From contig NC_043004.1 in assembly GCF_006345805.1 (NCBI RefSeq), positions 6,634,001 through 6,698,000 of the forward strand: 64,000 nucleotides of DNA, read 5' to 3'. The position numbers were made by a program, and so were the translations under genes. The notes below the pieces were generated by a model. That model saw nothing but the letters and a program-made list of their open reading frames with translations. It did not search any database and was not told where the DNA came from. This DNA is from Octopus sinensis (lineage: Eukaryota). Positions 24,666-38,471 of this stretch are shown piece after piece; position 1 is the stretch's first letter, and every line of letters begins with the position of its first letter.

Positions 24666-26180
24666 AGTAATGTTCAAGGGAGGATGATGATGACAGCCTT
24701 GAGGAAAGAAGGAAATTCAAGGAGGAGGATAAGTAATAATTAAAATTTCTTTAGCTTTTGAAGAACCTAAAGTGACACTTAGAAAGGTTATTTGTAGATT
24801 TCTATATCCACTGATGGTTGTGATCCTACAGGTTTAACATGTTTTGACTATGTAATTACAAGTTAGAATTGGATATTTAAAAAGAAAATGAGATAGAATA
24901 GAAACATAGTTAAGAAAATGCTATTTGATATATTCAGACCTATTTAGTAGTGTATGTATGGAAAGAGAGAGTGAGTGTGTTTCAATTTGGCTACAAGAAC
25001 ATTTTCTTAAATACTGCTCAAGATGAATTGTTAGCTGTAGGCACTGAGGCATTAATAATAAAGCTTAAAAAAAAAAACTGAAAAAAGTGGAAAAGACTTC
25101 CAAAGACTATTATATCAAAGACAAAAAAAAAACAAACAAAAAAAATTCTAATCAACAGATAAAAAAAAGATAGGACTGTAATTTCTTTGTATTATTAAAT
25201 TCATGTAATAGGAGTTATAATGTTTCAGTTAGTTCTCAGTAAAGCAAACCATGGCTTTGTAGGAATCAATTCAGTTATACTGAAGATATGAGTTCATATC
25301 GCTCTGCAGACATACATATTAATATTCCCTCTGTACAACACACTATTTGACTGCTTCAATTTGTCATGAAAGCTTGAGTCATATCCAAGGGATGATTTCC
25401 TTTTGGTTGCTTAATTCTAGAAAAACTAGAGCTAAGACATGATGAAGTAAACTAACTATCTTTTATAATAAGATATTATGTCCAGTCTATATGTGCCCAA
25501 CACCAATTAAAAGAAAAAAATCTAGACCAGTGAAGCTGGCTGACATCTCTGAACTTGTTACCACAGGTACCAGTAATAATCAACGTTCTCTCATAATGTC
25601 TATTCTTTTGTCTCTAAAATTAAACAAAACTGTCTCCTATCACTCTCACACACACACATACAGTGAAAACCTTATTAAATAGACACTGCTTAAGTTATCA
25701 AAGTAATCTTTAAATTTGACATCTGGGTAGGAGACACAAGTTTTTCTTTTCTTTTCTTTTCTTTTGTATATATTATGTTTTTTTAATAAGGAAAAATTAT
25801 TTTATACTCTATAGACAAATGATTAGTTTTTCAGTGAGTGTTGTGCAAACTATTTATTCAGATAAGTCTGTCACATGGAGTTTGCAAATGACTATTCATT
25901 CAAATGCATCCTTTTGTAACTATCCGTTCATTGAAATGAAGTCGATCACATGGTGTTGAATATAAAGGCTTAGTCAAGTGGAAACCTTCAAAGTGAATGC
26001 TGCACAGTCATCAGCAATGATAAATCTGAATCCAAACTGCATGGTTTTTTTTTTTATGGTAGCTGAAGGACGGTCTCTAGTATAGCTTTACAATCACCAA
26101 AAAAAGCTACAATATATATCATCTGCCATTGATTCAATATCCTATTGATATTTACACCAAACACAAAAAAATCACAATGT

Positions 26181-26474
26181 TTAACACGTTAACTGCCACA
26201 CGTACCACCAATGGTTCATCGCAAACTTTACACAACTGCCACATGCATCATCAGTGGCACATTTTCATAATTTGAGAAAATATTTTATCCTGTGCCTTTG
26301 ACATGGTTTCGAGGATATTTAAATAACGTGAATGTTAAATATTAAATTCCAATTACGAAATGCTTGTAAAAATGCAAAAAAATTACATTTCCTTGTAATT
26401 AAACAGTATGCTGTGTGACCACGCGAAATACAGCAAGTTCCAGTAACAGGCCATGGCAGTTAACAACATGTTAA
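26181..26474. mobile_element. TTAA-flanked piggyBac-like MITE
   Basis: TTAA-cacgttaactgcca ... tggcagttaac(aac)atg-TTAA. Confidence 0.65.
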
Positions 26475-26677
26475 TGAGAGAAGTCTCTATGCTGTTGCTT
26501 GATCTGTTAGAAACAGCAACCAATTCTCTCTCAAATCATATACATCTTAGAAAACTCGGTTATATTGAATTAATATGGTTAGGAAAAAGACAGGCTGGTC
26601 ATGACTGGAATGCCTCTTGTCATAGGTTTGTTTGATTAGGCTGCCTGAGAAAAAAGAAGAACTAGACAATGTTTTCA

Positions 26678-26892
26678 AGTTTTGGCACAAGGCCAACAAT
26701 TTTATCGGGATGGAGCAAGTCAATTACATTGACCCCCAATGCTCAACTGGTATTTATTTTACTGACTCTGAAAGGATATAAATAAAGTCAACCTTAATAG
26801 AATTTGCACTCAGAATGTAAAAAGGTGGCAGAAATGTCACTAGGTATTTTATTTCACACACACATTAATGATTCTTGCAGCTTGCTGCCTTA
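26678..26892 (-). mobile_element. Meta-domain SINE
   Basis: ggcacaaggcc...caattacattgacccc...ctggtatttatttt...gaaaggat...gaatttgcactcagaatgt...gcttgctgcct. Confidence 0.75.
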
Positions 26893-27559
26893 AACGAGGA
26901 CTAAATAATAATATTACTAATTGTACTTACTTAGAGTATTGCTAAGGTTTAATGTTTTGTTGTTGTTTGGGACCAGCTTATCCCTGATGGGGTAAACCTA
27001 AGTATATAATATTTTATGTTATCTCCTTTTTTCTCAAACAGAGTATCTGGGACTTACACAATCCAAAAATGTCCTTCCCTTTTAAAACTCTTCAGGTTTG
27101 ACTTGAGAAACATTTAACTGCTATTTCTGGTAGGCTGAAACGATTCCTTAGCTTGATAAAATATTTTTATTGCCAAGAGTACATAGAAAAGAAATAGATT
27201 TAAAAAGTTATCTAGTTAACAGGTCAACCAATGGTGGTGGAAACAGTATTTTCCATTATAATTTAGCACGACAATATATCCTGATATTGCAACGAAAGTG
27301 TCCGACAGTTGATAATCATCTTTGAAAAATTCAAATATATTGTAATACCATCAAGTCTGTTGAAGAAGTTAGTACCAGTTAGGAAATTGGTAATTTATGT
27401 GAAAATCATTAAAATATGAACTAAAATCTCTGAGCCATATGTTTAATGTCTTTCCAATAAACCTTGTCTGATGTCTACAAAGCTGAGAGATGATCAGTTG
27501 GTAAGGAATCATAAAACACACTCAATTTTTTTCTTTTTTTAAGTAGTGCTTTTAGGTGC

Positions 27560-27920
27560 AATTATTGCTATGTGGTTAAGAAGTTCATTTTCCAACCATA
27601 TGGTGCCAGGTTCAATCTCACTGCATGGTACCTAGAACAACTATCTTCTTATTTCTTTATTGCCCACAAGGGGCTAAACACAGAAGGGACAAATAAGAGA
27701 TTAAGTTGATTAGATTGACTCCAGTGCATAACTGGTACTTAATTTATTGACTTCGAAAGGATGAAAGGCAAAGTCGACCTTGGCGGAATTTGAACTCAGA
27801 ATGTAACGGCAGACAAAATACCGCTAAGCATTTCGCCCGGTGAGCTTAACAAGAGCAACTATCTTCAACCATAACCTTGGGCTGAGCAAAACCTTGTGGG
27901 AGAAACTGAAAGAAGCCAAT
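27560..27920. mobile_element. CORE-SINE head (+) interrupted by a young Meta-SINE (-; 27655-27848)
   Basis: caactatcttc is duplicated at about 27638 and 27855 around gaaaggatgaaaggcaaagtcgaccttggcggaatttgaactcag. Confidence 0.75.
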
Positions 27921-28879
27921 AATGTGTGTGTGTGTGATGGAGTGCTTCTCCAAAACTTGCCAGATACAAACGATGATGTTATTGTTGCTTCTCCAGTTAA
28001 GAAAGTGTTTGCTGGATTTGTATCAATGAAGACAAGTGAAACGAATAATCCCCTATTTGAAAACCCAATAAGGATTTGCAGCAGGAAGAGCATTCAGCTG
28101 TAAAACAATACCTCAATAATGTATTCATCTAACTCATGCTAGTGTGGAAAACAATGGATATAAAAACAAGAGAAACAAAATGAGTGGTTATTTCATTCAG
28201 CTTAAGAAATAATTATTATCATTGAAAACAGTTGTAAATGAGTGTCACTGTCATACAAGCAGTGTTGTATATTTGCAATATTCTGTGCAAACATGCCTGG
28301 CCAGAGGAAAATATTATTTTGCTTGGAAACAGGAAGGACATCCACCCCAATAAACTCAGTTTGTCCCATGCAAGTATGGAAAAGTGGATGTTATCCCGAT
28401 GATGATGAGGTTGATGATGATTAAAAAATTAATATCTCAAAAGTATTAGAAATTATGAGACACTTATAGAAAATATAGAAACACATCTGTGGTTTACAAA
28501 TATAATTGACATATCTAACAAATCACTGTAGTAGAATAATCTACAACAATTTGATCAAATATTTAATCCAAACATTAACCACAAACTCGTCTATTTGTCC
28601 AAGTGGCTATTTTATAGATGTAAGTAAGTCTGACTCCTGTCATATCTCGGACTTGATGTAGCTAGCCAATGTAAACATCTTCACAGTTTAGTTCACAAAG
28701 TAAGTATTTAGACAGACCCTAAATGTACTGCTTGGTTATAGGACTGGTGTTTAAAAAAGGGTCAATGTTGGCCAGGGTAAGGTACTGAGAAGGTACCGGA
28801 TTTTTGACATTTAAGGTTAACAGGTTTAAAAATTATGGCTAGACAGTGTGTTAAATTCAAGATAAAAAAAATAAGTGTA

Positions 28880-29110
28880 AAGAGCCCCTTCTGTCATGAA
28901 TGACAATGGGATTACTCCTAGAAAGTTCCCCTCTGAAGCACAAGTCCAAGCATGGTTGTTTATGGAAGACCAGCAGTTACCCTTGCATACCAGCCCCCCC
29001 TCTCCATGCCACCCATGTTATCCAAGGGAAAAGCAAAGGCCGACACAATTTGGCTCAAAAAAGCAATGCACAGCCTGGTCTGGAAATCGAACTCACTACC
29101 TCATGATACA
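28880..29110 (-). mobile_element. SINE fragment with tRNA-like B box and a distinct 3' tail
   Basis: Minus strand gagttcgatttccagaccaggctgtgcattg, then a tail ending cattcatgacagaaggggctcttta. Confidence 0.5.
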
Positions 29111-29511
29111 AGGAACATTAAGCTGTCATTGCTTCTCTCAGACAACATAATTGTAAAACACCAGCTTCACGTAATGTAGGTTTTTGATGTGAGGAGATGC
29201 ATTTATTAGGAGGAATCTCTATAAAGCTGCTCTATGTAAGGTAGGCCTGAAATGTTCAGACCTAACCAAAACTAATAAAATCAATCATCGATACTTTAAT
29301 CAAAACAAAAGTAAATAGAATCATCTAATCTATAGGGTGAAGCCAAATCTTTCAAAAGGTGTCTCATAGTGGGACTGAACCCAAAACCATGTGGTTGCAA
29401 AGCGAGCTTCTCAACCACATTTCAATTCAATTCAATTTTTTGAATGACCATGCCTGCACACACACACACACACACACATAATGTATGTATGCATACATGT
29501 GTGCATGTATC

Positions 29512-29555
<44 letters not shown>

Positions 29556-30786
29556 TTATTATGCTTTTCATGAATGATGGTATGTATTTAATATAATTCA
29601 ACAAAGATAACACTCTCTTTCTTACAAAGAATGTGTGTGTGTGTGTATAATTTTGATTACTTCTTTTGTAAGAATAAGTGTTATCATACATTTGCATAAA
29701 CATATACAAACGAAAGAGAGAGAGAGAGAGAGAGTGAGAGAGTGAGTGTGTGTGTGTGTGTGTGAACTATTCCTATGGCCTGAAATTTCCAAAAGATAGA
29801 AAACAAAAAATGATGAGGAAGGCATGTTAGTGTAATCTTCAAAAATTGTGCTGATTAACACAGTTTTCCTCTTCCACTATTTCTCTGAATAAAATATCTC
29901 AGTAAATCTGCCAAAATCTATTATAGAAATTCAGAAACCATTTGTCAGCAGTAAAAAGAATAGTCTATGAAATTTTTGTATGTGTATAATCATGTATGCG
30001 TGCCATCAAAATTCCTATTCAAGTATTTTTTTTTTTAGAAATTTCTTTGAGATTCAATTTTAGATTCTCTTAGGTGAATTTTTTTCTTCTTTATAGCTAC
30101 AAAATTTAAACTCTTCCTTTGTATAGCTTGGTCCTATTTCTTGCTCAGTCAGCACCTTATTTTTAATTAGCATAAAGATATATAGACATAGAGAAAGGTT
30201 TGATTGCAAAAACGTCATATTTTAGAATATAAAATTCAGCCAAAATTACTTAAAAAGAGAATGAGAAAAAACCCCAAAAACTTATATTATCTCCCTTGGA
30301 TACTAACACTATAATGTTACACTCCCCTCACATTATAAGAATTACAGTCGAAACATACAGACACTCCATGCAGATATTATCATCATGCACATAAGTACAC
30401 ATAAATATCTTCATACATATATACACACACGCCTTTCAATACAATCTGGGTGAGGAAAAACTTGCTTTGTATGGCTGCATTTTACTTTTAACTACCCCTA
30501 AACATTCAGCAATTCAAGCCAAACAATTACTTCACACACTCAGCTTCATATCCTTTCAATCTAAACTTAGAATCCAAACTTAGAAGAATGAAAATTTAAA
30601 TTTAGATTTTAGTCCATATTATTTCCCTTATTAGAGGTCTAACACTAATCTGCTCCAATTCTTAAGCTGTTTATAGCAGTGTTCATCAACCATTTTTTTC
30701 ACCTATGGACCAGGGATTCACAAGCATAACAAAACACAAGAAAGGGCATAATATGTAATTTAATTATTACATATATATATACAACT

Positions 30787-31196
30787 AAGACTTGTCAAGC
30801 TAAGTGAAATTGCAGTCATAGCCAAGGCAGTGTCACATAACTGGCACCTGTGCCAGTGGCATATAATAAAAAGTACCCTTTGAATGTTGGACCTCGCAGA
30901 GGCAATGACAAGTGACTGAGACCTTTGGCAATATGCTGTGCTTAAGAAGACTTGACAAGTCAAGTGAACTTGTAGTTGTGGTTGATGTTGGTGCCACGTA
31001 ACTGGCAACCATGCTAGGGTCACTTAAAAAGCACCCATTACACTCTTGGAGTGGTTGGCATTAAGAAGGGCATCCAACCGTAGAAATCGTGTCAAATCTG
31101 AGTGGAGCTTGGTGCAGCTCTCCATCTTCCCAGTTTCAGTCAAACTGTCCATCCAACCCATGTTAGCCTGGACAACAGATGTTAAATGCTGATGAT
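30787..31196 (+). mobile_element. RTE-tailed retroposon with a ~160-bp tandemly duplicated 5' unit (older relative of 38472-39180)
   Basis: aagacttg.caag.taagtgaa..tg.agt...taactggca...aaaag.accc occurs at 30787 and 30947, followed by ggttggcattaagaagggcatccaaccgtagaaa...gttaaatgctgatga. Confidence 0.75.
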
Positions 31197-32603
31197 TACG
31201 TATGTAAAACATGTTTGCAGACTCCAATAGTCAATAAAATGAAAATAAAATAAAAAAATCTATTCTTTCTGTTTGACCTGGTACTGTATGTTCCATGGTC
31301 CAGAACTGGTCTGCAGCGCAGTAGTTGGGGTCCCCTGGTTTATAGAGTAAGGTCTGATGTTCGGAGATTGGCATCAATGGGTGTTAAAAAAAACCCAGAA
31401 AAAATGTTAAAGCTGAATGAATAAAGCAATCTTAGGCAACTGCAACTCAGCCAAGATATTCATGTCCGTGCATATGGGGGGGGGGCAGAGGGATGGCGAA
31501 TGTGTGGAAGCATTCCTTATAATGCAGTTAATGTTAAGAAGAGCAGACAGCCAAAAGTCTTTTGCTGTAATTATATATTTGCAGTTAGTTGTTCAGACGT
31601 TAGAATTAGGAGAAGAAAAAAAAAAACAAAAAAAAACCCCTAGTTCTGATCAATGGAAACACATTATATGAAATTATTTAACAATGATAAATGATGCCTT
31701 AAAGTAGTTTAATGAAGCGAAAAGCTTAGAATAGTAACTTCATCAGTACATATGCTTTAATTCCCTTTCCTCTTTAAATGTGTGTGTGCACGCGTGCATG
31801 CATGCATGTGTGTGTGTGTTTATATTTTCCAATGGATATTATCAGATAAGACACAGAGTACCATACTTGCCTTTAAAAATCACACCAGGTCCTACATGTG
31901 AGGTTAGGCCTATATTACATGGTTTAATGCACTAAAAACTTTTGTCCCTGAATATGATTGCTGAAATTGGGATGCATCTAATATGCCTGAGTGTCTTTTA
32001 TGCCATCAAATACAGTAGCATTACATTAAAAGAAAAAAAATCCCCCCAAAACAACAACAAAAAAAAAACTTAAATGAGTGATGATTTGATTATCAGTAAA
32101 TTGAATCATACCATTTGCATAAATCAATACATTAAAAATTTCCAATCATCAGCAAAAATAAAATTTGAAATCTGACACAAATATTAAAAATACTGTGCTG
32201 TGCTTTCAAATGTTAAAAAAAAGTTGAGTAACTTAAATATACATGACAGCAAGAGACATATTTCACATTTGAGGCTAGAATTATCACCACTTTAACCCTT
32301 TCGCATTTAAACCGACTATATCCAGCCAAATCGTTCTGCCAGATCTAATCTTTCACACCTAGCCGACAAGGTCATTCTAGAAAGTAAACAATCACATCAT
32401 CGAAATCTCGAAGCTATGAGAGATAAGGCCTGATAAATTCAGAGCAAAGTGAATTGACAAAATAATCTGAATGTTCAAGGGTTAAATGTATTTTATTTTA
32501 AAGCTGAATACATGATGTGTGTTGAAAGAGAAAGAGAGGAGGTGTAACTTATTTAAGTCAGCTGAATAGTGTCACATTGTCAACATCATTATTATTCAAC
32601 ATC

Positions 32604-33150
32604 GACAGACGAGACTACGAGCTGGCAGAATCATTAACATGCCAGGCAAGGTTAACTTTGTCTTTCATCCTTCCGGGGGGGGGGTGATTTAGAATAAGTA
32701 CCAGTCGAGTACGGGGGGGGGGGTCGATGTAGTCGACTGTCACCCTCCCCCAAATTCCAGGCCTTGTGCTTATAATAGAAAGGATTATTATTCAACATCC
32801 ACTTTTCCATGCTTGCATGGCTGAGGCAGATTTTCTACAGCTGGATGTCCTTCCTATTGCCGACCCCCACCTGTTTCCAAGCAAGGTAATACTTCCCCAT
32901 AGCTAGACATGGTTTTCATGGAAGACTGCAAACAAAACAACATGCTTGTGTACAAACATCCTGTGATGTCAAGACATAGGCACACATACATACGATGGGC
33001 TTCTTTCAGTTTCTATGTACCAAATCCTCTCGGAAAGCTTTGGTCGGCCTGAGACTATAAAAGGGGAAACTTACCAAAAGGTACCATGCAATGGGATTAA
33101 ACCCAATGCCACATGGTTTGGAAACAATTTTCTCAACCACACAGCCATAC
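32604..33150. mobile_element. CORE-head/RTE-tail SINE (-; 32790-33150) with an internally deleted Meta-SINE (+; 32615-32790) inserted at its tail
   Basis: attattattcaacatc is duplicated at about 32588 and 32784 flanking the Meta copy. Confidence 0.75.
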
Positions 33151-33246
33151 CAGTCTCTCTGATGGAAGAACGTTAGACTTCCTCTTCGAGTCTTTATTTA
33201 TTCCACACCTGCTCCTATTTGAAAACAGTCGACTGAAAATCACCAT
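33151..33246 (-). CDS. Candidate first coding exon MVIFSRLFSNRSRCGINKDSKRKSNVLPSERL (phase-0 donor)
   Basis: acaATGG Kozak context, 32 codons open to CTG|gtatgg; the donor overlaps the head of the adjacent SINE, which lowers confidence. Confidence 0.25.
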
Positions 33247-34114
33247 TGTATCCAGAATAAGATCTGGTGGTTGGGAACCTGCTAAATGAGTTGATTTTAG
33301 TAGGTTCGTAATACATACACACACATGTGCACGTGTTTGTGTGTCTGTCTATGTATGTGTGTGTGTGTGTTTACATTTAGAATGTAACAACAGAGACACT
33401 GAAAAATATGTAAATAAGTCTTCTATAAACGATGTTATCTAGAATGCCAAACCAGCTTTAAAATAATACGTTTTCAGTCTTTAAAGGTAGCTTTTCACCT
33501 TTTCTTTTCTTTCCAAGGGTGTTTAACTATTTGTATTATGAGCCATTATTTAAAGCTAGATTGGCATTTGAGGTATACGTAGTTTATGGAAGTTTCTTTT
33601 AACACTTAAGTTCTTTTTGGTTTATAAGTGTGGATAGTTTCGTGAGAATAGCTATATACATACATGTGAATATATATATATATATTATTAATATTTAGCA
33701 GAAGCAACCGAGTGACTCAAGTTCTGAGAGCTTCGTGCACTGGCACTTATCAAACACTTATACATATAAGTAAATTACAACAAATAGCCCTTTTCATATA
33801 AAATATATTATAACAAATAACAATTTCTGTCATTAAATAAATTCAAAGATTATTACTTTAAAAGCTCTAAGAGGAAATCTAACATTCTTCCATCAGAGAG
33901 AAGTGAAGGAAATAAAACAAGATCTATCACAGAATGATTGAAAAGTAACAGGAAGAATCAAACCAAATATTTACTGACCTAAAAAAACCCCCAAAAAACA
34001 AAGGGTCAGTCAAGAAAAGCAAACAAATGAAGAACCATCTATCTATCTATCTATCTATTTATCTATCTACCCCACCACACACACGCAAGCATACATACTA
34101 TGTTTACTTGTACA

Positions 34115-34478
34115 GGCATAGCTGTGTGGGAAGAAGTTTGCTCCTCTTCTCAACCACATGGTCATGGGTTCAGTCCCACAATGTGGCACCTTGGCCACAT
34201 GTCTTTGGTTGGTGGATTTGGTTGGTGGAAACTGGTGGAAACTGAGAGAAGCCCATTTATTGTATCTGTGTGTGTGCGTTGGTGTTTGTCTCCTACAATC
34301 ACTTGACAACCGGTGCTGATATGTTTACATCCCTACCAAATTAGCAGTTTGGCAAAAAGAGATTGATAGAATAAGCAGCAAGCTTAAAAATAAAAGTACT
34401 GGTGTCAGTTTGTCCGACTAAAATTCAAGGCAATGCCCCAGCATGGCCACAGTCTAGTGACTGAAACAAGTAAAAGAT
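34115..34478 (+). mobile_element. CORE-type SINE family A, full length
   Basis: ggcatagctgtgtggg...gggttcagtcccacaatgtggcaccttgg...gactgaaacaagtaaaaga. Confidence 0.85.
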
Positions 34479-36197
34479 ATTAAAAGATAAAGAAATTTGC
34501 TCTATTTTATACCTTGTCCTAACAGAAAAAATGTTTGACTTGAGAATAAATATGGTACACACACACATACACACACACATTTCAGTGCTTGTGTTATTAA
34601 CAGAAGTTAATTGTACACAAGTGTTCAAAAAAACCCCAAAAACCAACAGAAATAATAATTTAGATAAACCACTGTTGGTGCTGCTTGTTCAAGAGGAGAG
34701 ACTTCATATATCTGATGACAATGATGCTGGCAGAGACAAGATCACCAATGACGACGATGATGATGATAGTGAAGGGTGGTGGCAGTGGTGGGGATTCATA
34801 AATGACAACAACAATGGGCTTTTAGCAAATGCATTTACAATTTCATTTGCTTACTGATAATGACCTCAGCAGCCAAAGTGTGTACTCTGGGATACAATTT
34901 AATTTTAGTAAGATTTTTTTTTTTTGGTGGGGAGTGGTGGTGATGGTGATGGTGTGGTAAGAATTAATGAGAAATTCCAGCAAGTATAGTGTGTATATGT
35001 GAGTGAGTGAGTGTGTGTATGTGTGTCTGCATATATGTACATATGAAAGAGAGAAGCGGAGAGAATGAGAGAGACAGAAATGAAAGGACAAATGAAACAG
35101 AAAGTGAAGTGGGGGGGGGGAAACACAACATTAAGGAAAGACCAATCTATATATGTTGTCTTTAGATAGGAACTTTACATGGAAAAGGGGGAAAAAAAAA
35201 AGAAGAAAGAATTGCTGTAATATCAGAATTGAGACATGGAATGGTTAACAGAAGAATTACCTGGGGGTTGTGTGTGCAAGTATGCATGTGCACGTGTGTA
35301 CGTCAGTGTACATGTGCTCGTGTAGTGGGGGGGGGGGTCTTGCTTCCTTCTCCACTGATATTATTAAACCATCAAATCAAGAGTACAAGATTCAAAGTTT
35401 TCTTTAGACATCAAATATTGGCGGAATTGAAGAAAGGGAGAAAAAAAAAAAGAGAGAAAGAGGAAGAGAGAGAAAAAACATGATCGTATAGAAAATTGAA
35501 GTAAGGAGAGAAGAAGAAATGAAGTTGAAAGAGTTCAGAGAGGATATCAAAATAGCTTAGAATCTAATAAATCAAAGGCTCCCTTCTCTTTTCTTACACA
35601 CACACATGTGCGGGTGCGCATACGCATACAATTAAAGATTAAATGCTATTAGCTTTCCCCAAACTTTCTTAATAATAACTTTATCTTATGTCTCCTGATA
35701 ATCTTCAAGATTGATTAAGATTCTTAATCTTTCTCCTCATGTATTAAACAAGCAATATCTAAGCAAGCTTTTAGAATGAGAGAGAGAAAGAGAAAGAGAG
35801 AGAGGGAGAGAGAGCAAGGATGACCAACTCAAGAACATAACTGGGTGAGAGAGAAACTAATACTCTGTCACCAACACTGTGTTGGCTGTCATCAAGACTC
35901 AAGTGGACTCTCAAATTATCACTGTATCACCGCGGATGAGTCACTAAAGTAGAAGTGTGGGCAGGCTAGCTGTGAATATAGTGTATAAGAAAGGATGGGC
36001 TCTGTCAGACTGGTTTTTCCCTAGATGCACAACATTAAAAAAAAAAATCTTCCTAACCAGTGCGTTTTTATAGGAGCCAAACTGAAAAATTCCCACCATT
36101 CAATGTGTCAACATAAGTAACCAATTCAGGGTTTTACTTCCTGTTGCAAAAACATCTCTGACAAAATACTTTACTATATATACTGTCGTATATATAT

Positions 36198-36593
36198 TCT
36201 TTTCTTTGTTTCAGTCATTTGACTGTGGCCATACTGGAGCATCACCTTTAGTCAAATAAATTGACCCCAGAACTTATTTTCTGTAAGCCTAGTACTTATT
36301 CTACTGGTCTCTTTTGCTGAACCACTAAGTTACGAGGACGTAAACATGGCAGCATCAGTTGCCAAGCGATGGTAGTGGGGCAGGGGTCAAACACAGACAC
36401 ACAAACATACACACACACACACACACATATATATACAACAGGCTTCTTTCAGTTTCTGTCTGCCAAATCTACTCACAAGGCTTTGGTCAGACCGAGGCTA
36501 TAGTAGAAGACATTTGCCCAAGGTGCCATGCAGTGGGACTGAACCCGGAACCATGTGGTTGCTAAGCAAACTACTTACCACACAGCCACTCCT
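36198..36593 (-). mobile_element. CORE-type SINE family A, full length, young
   Basis: aggagtggctgtgtggtaagtag...ttccgggttcagtcccactgcatggcaccttgggcaaatgtcttctactatagcctcgg on the minus strand. Confidence 0.9.
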
Positions 36594-37044
36594 ATATATA
36601 TATAAATATGAGACTAAATGTGATCAGATATTTACTAAATTTACCAATTCACATGGTAAACTATCATTAAATTGACACCATTGTGTGAACATGAAACAGG
36701 ATTCTATAAAAGTGTCCATTCCGAAGCAGAAAAACCTCAGACTTCACCCACACCGGAAATGATGAGATATTGTAATATTGTATTCTTTCTTTAGCTTGGG
36801 TTTTTATATTTACATTTATTTTGGAAATGTTATTTACATATTTGGACATCAATTCTATCTATCTATCTGTGCATCTATTTATCTGCCTGCCTGCTTAACT
36901 ATCTATATCTATTTTTTTTTACGATCCCTTTTGATCGAAAACCTACCCCCACCTTTTTTTCCCTCCCTAAAAAAGAAAAGCTCTACTTTGTAATTTATCC
37001 CCTGTGTTCAGCCATGTGTGGCTAATAAAGAAACATATCTGTGC

Positions 37045-37066
37045 ATCTATCTATCTGTCTGTTTAC

Positions 37067-37105
<39 letters not shown>

Positions 37106-37252
37106 ATCTATCTATCTATCTATCTAATCTATCTATCTATCCGTCTGTCTGTCTGCCTATCTATCTATCTGTCTGTCAGTCTGTCTGTCTGTCTGTCTAC
37201 CTATCTAACTGTCTTCCTACCTATCAATCTATCTATCTATCAATCAATCAGT
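37045..37252. repeat. (ATCT)n/(GTCT)n tetranucleotide microsatellite
   Basis: Directly visible. Confidence 0.95.
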
Positions 37253-38205
37253 CATTCTGACTTTCATAAAACATCTGCAGGCTCTGTTTTATAATTCAAT
37301 ATCATGTTTAAACTTCCATATACTTTGAAGGGATATGAAAAATCTATTATACACTAGGAAAATATGTTAGACCATCTATCATATACTTTGAAAAGTCATA
37401 GACCACAAAAGTGATAATAATAATCTTGTTCTGAATCAGAAGGAAAAAAACTGCTTCACGCCTATGACGCTTCAATATTGCAATATTCAATAAAGACACA
37501 TGCACACACACACATACATGCATGGTGTGTACATAATAATCTTTGTGTTGATAAAATTTTGTTTCATTACAAAAGTTCTAAAGAATACAGCAGCTATGTT
37601 TTCTGCCTTTAAAACATGAAGTTACAATAAATATCCCACTTTCTTCTGTGGTTGGATATTATGATAAAGGTTTCTACACAACCCTACAGTTCCAAAAAAT
37701 AATGTGAATTTGCAGAAACAACCAGCCCACACTGTGATAGGAGACACAACACTCTCTGAGTGCAAAGGCATGTCTATATACGTGGCCATGGAGTAGAATC
37801 ATAATTAAAATGTATTTTCTAAAATGACTGCTGTTTCTAACAGGTATGACTAGACTTCAACCTACTTTTGATTCTCAATTCGATGCAATATTTTCATTGA
37901 ATTTGGATGTGGAGATTTTCTTTTATAGCCATTTTTTCATGGACAGAATGGTTTACCTGTTTCCACAGACAGAACAGCTTTACACCAGGATCATTCACTA
38001 AACCAATGGAATGGCAATCATACTGTGAAGCAAACTGGAGCAAGCAGAATTATGTGTTTGATTTGGGAGGATGCCATTCAGTGACATTAATAGGAGGTCA
38101 TCTTATGACCATATGGTCAATAGTCCAGAATCTGAAGCACACAGCCATTGTGTTTCATATTGGTTTTGAATTTTGGTACATGGCTAGCGAGTTTAAAGGA
38201 GGGTG

Positions 38206-38411
38206 TACAAGGGGGTTCTTTAAGGATATTGTGTAAGGCCTGGTTAGATGCCCAACCTTCCGAGTCTTTTCACAAGGTTTAGAAAAACTGAAGGATCAAT
38301 GCAATAAGTGTGTGAATCTGAGAGGGGAAATATGTTGAATAAAATCATGATTAACTGATCTCCCTGTATTTCCTTTTATCCAAAGACAGGAACTTTTTGG
38401 CACCCCCTCGT
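38206..38411 (+). mobile_element. Non-autonomous mariner (MITE) retaining the transposase C-terminus
   Basis: Encodes GLEKLKDQCNKCVNLRG.YVE*; termini tacaagggggt / caccccctcgt; second copy in opposite orientation at 42893-43110. Confidence 0.8.
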
Positions 38412-38471
38412 CAGTTGATTACATTGACTTCAGTACTCAAATGGTATTTATTTTATCGATTCTGAAAGGAT

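Noticed and set aside
36705-36760. Plus-strand TATAAAAG with downstream tcagac and an ETS-like site
   Set aside because: Spacing (~34 nt) is marginal and no downstream exon structure supports it
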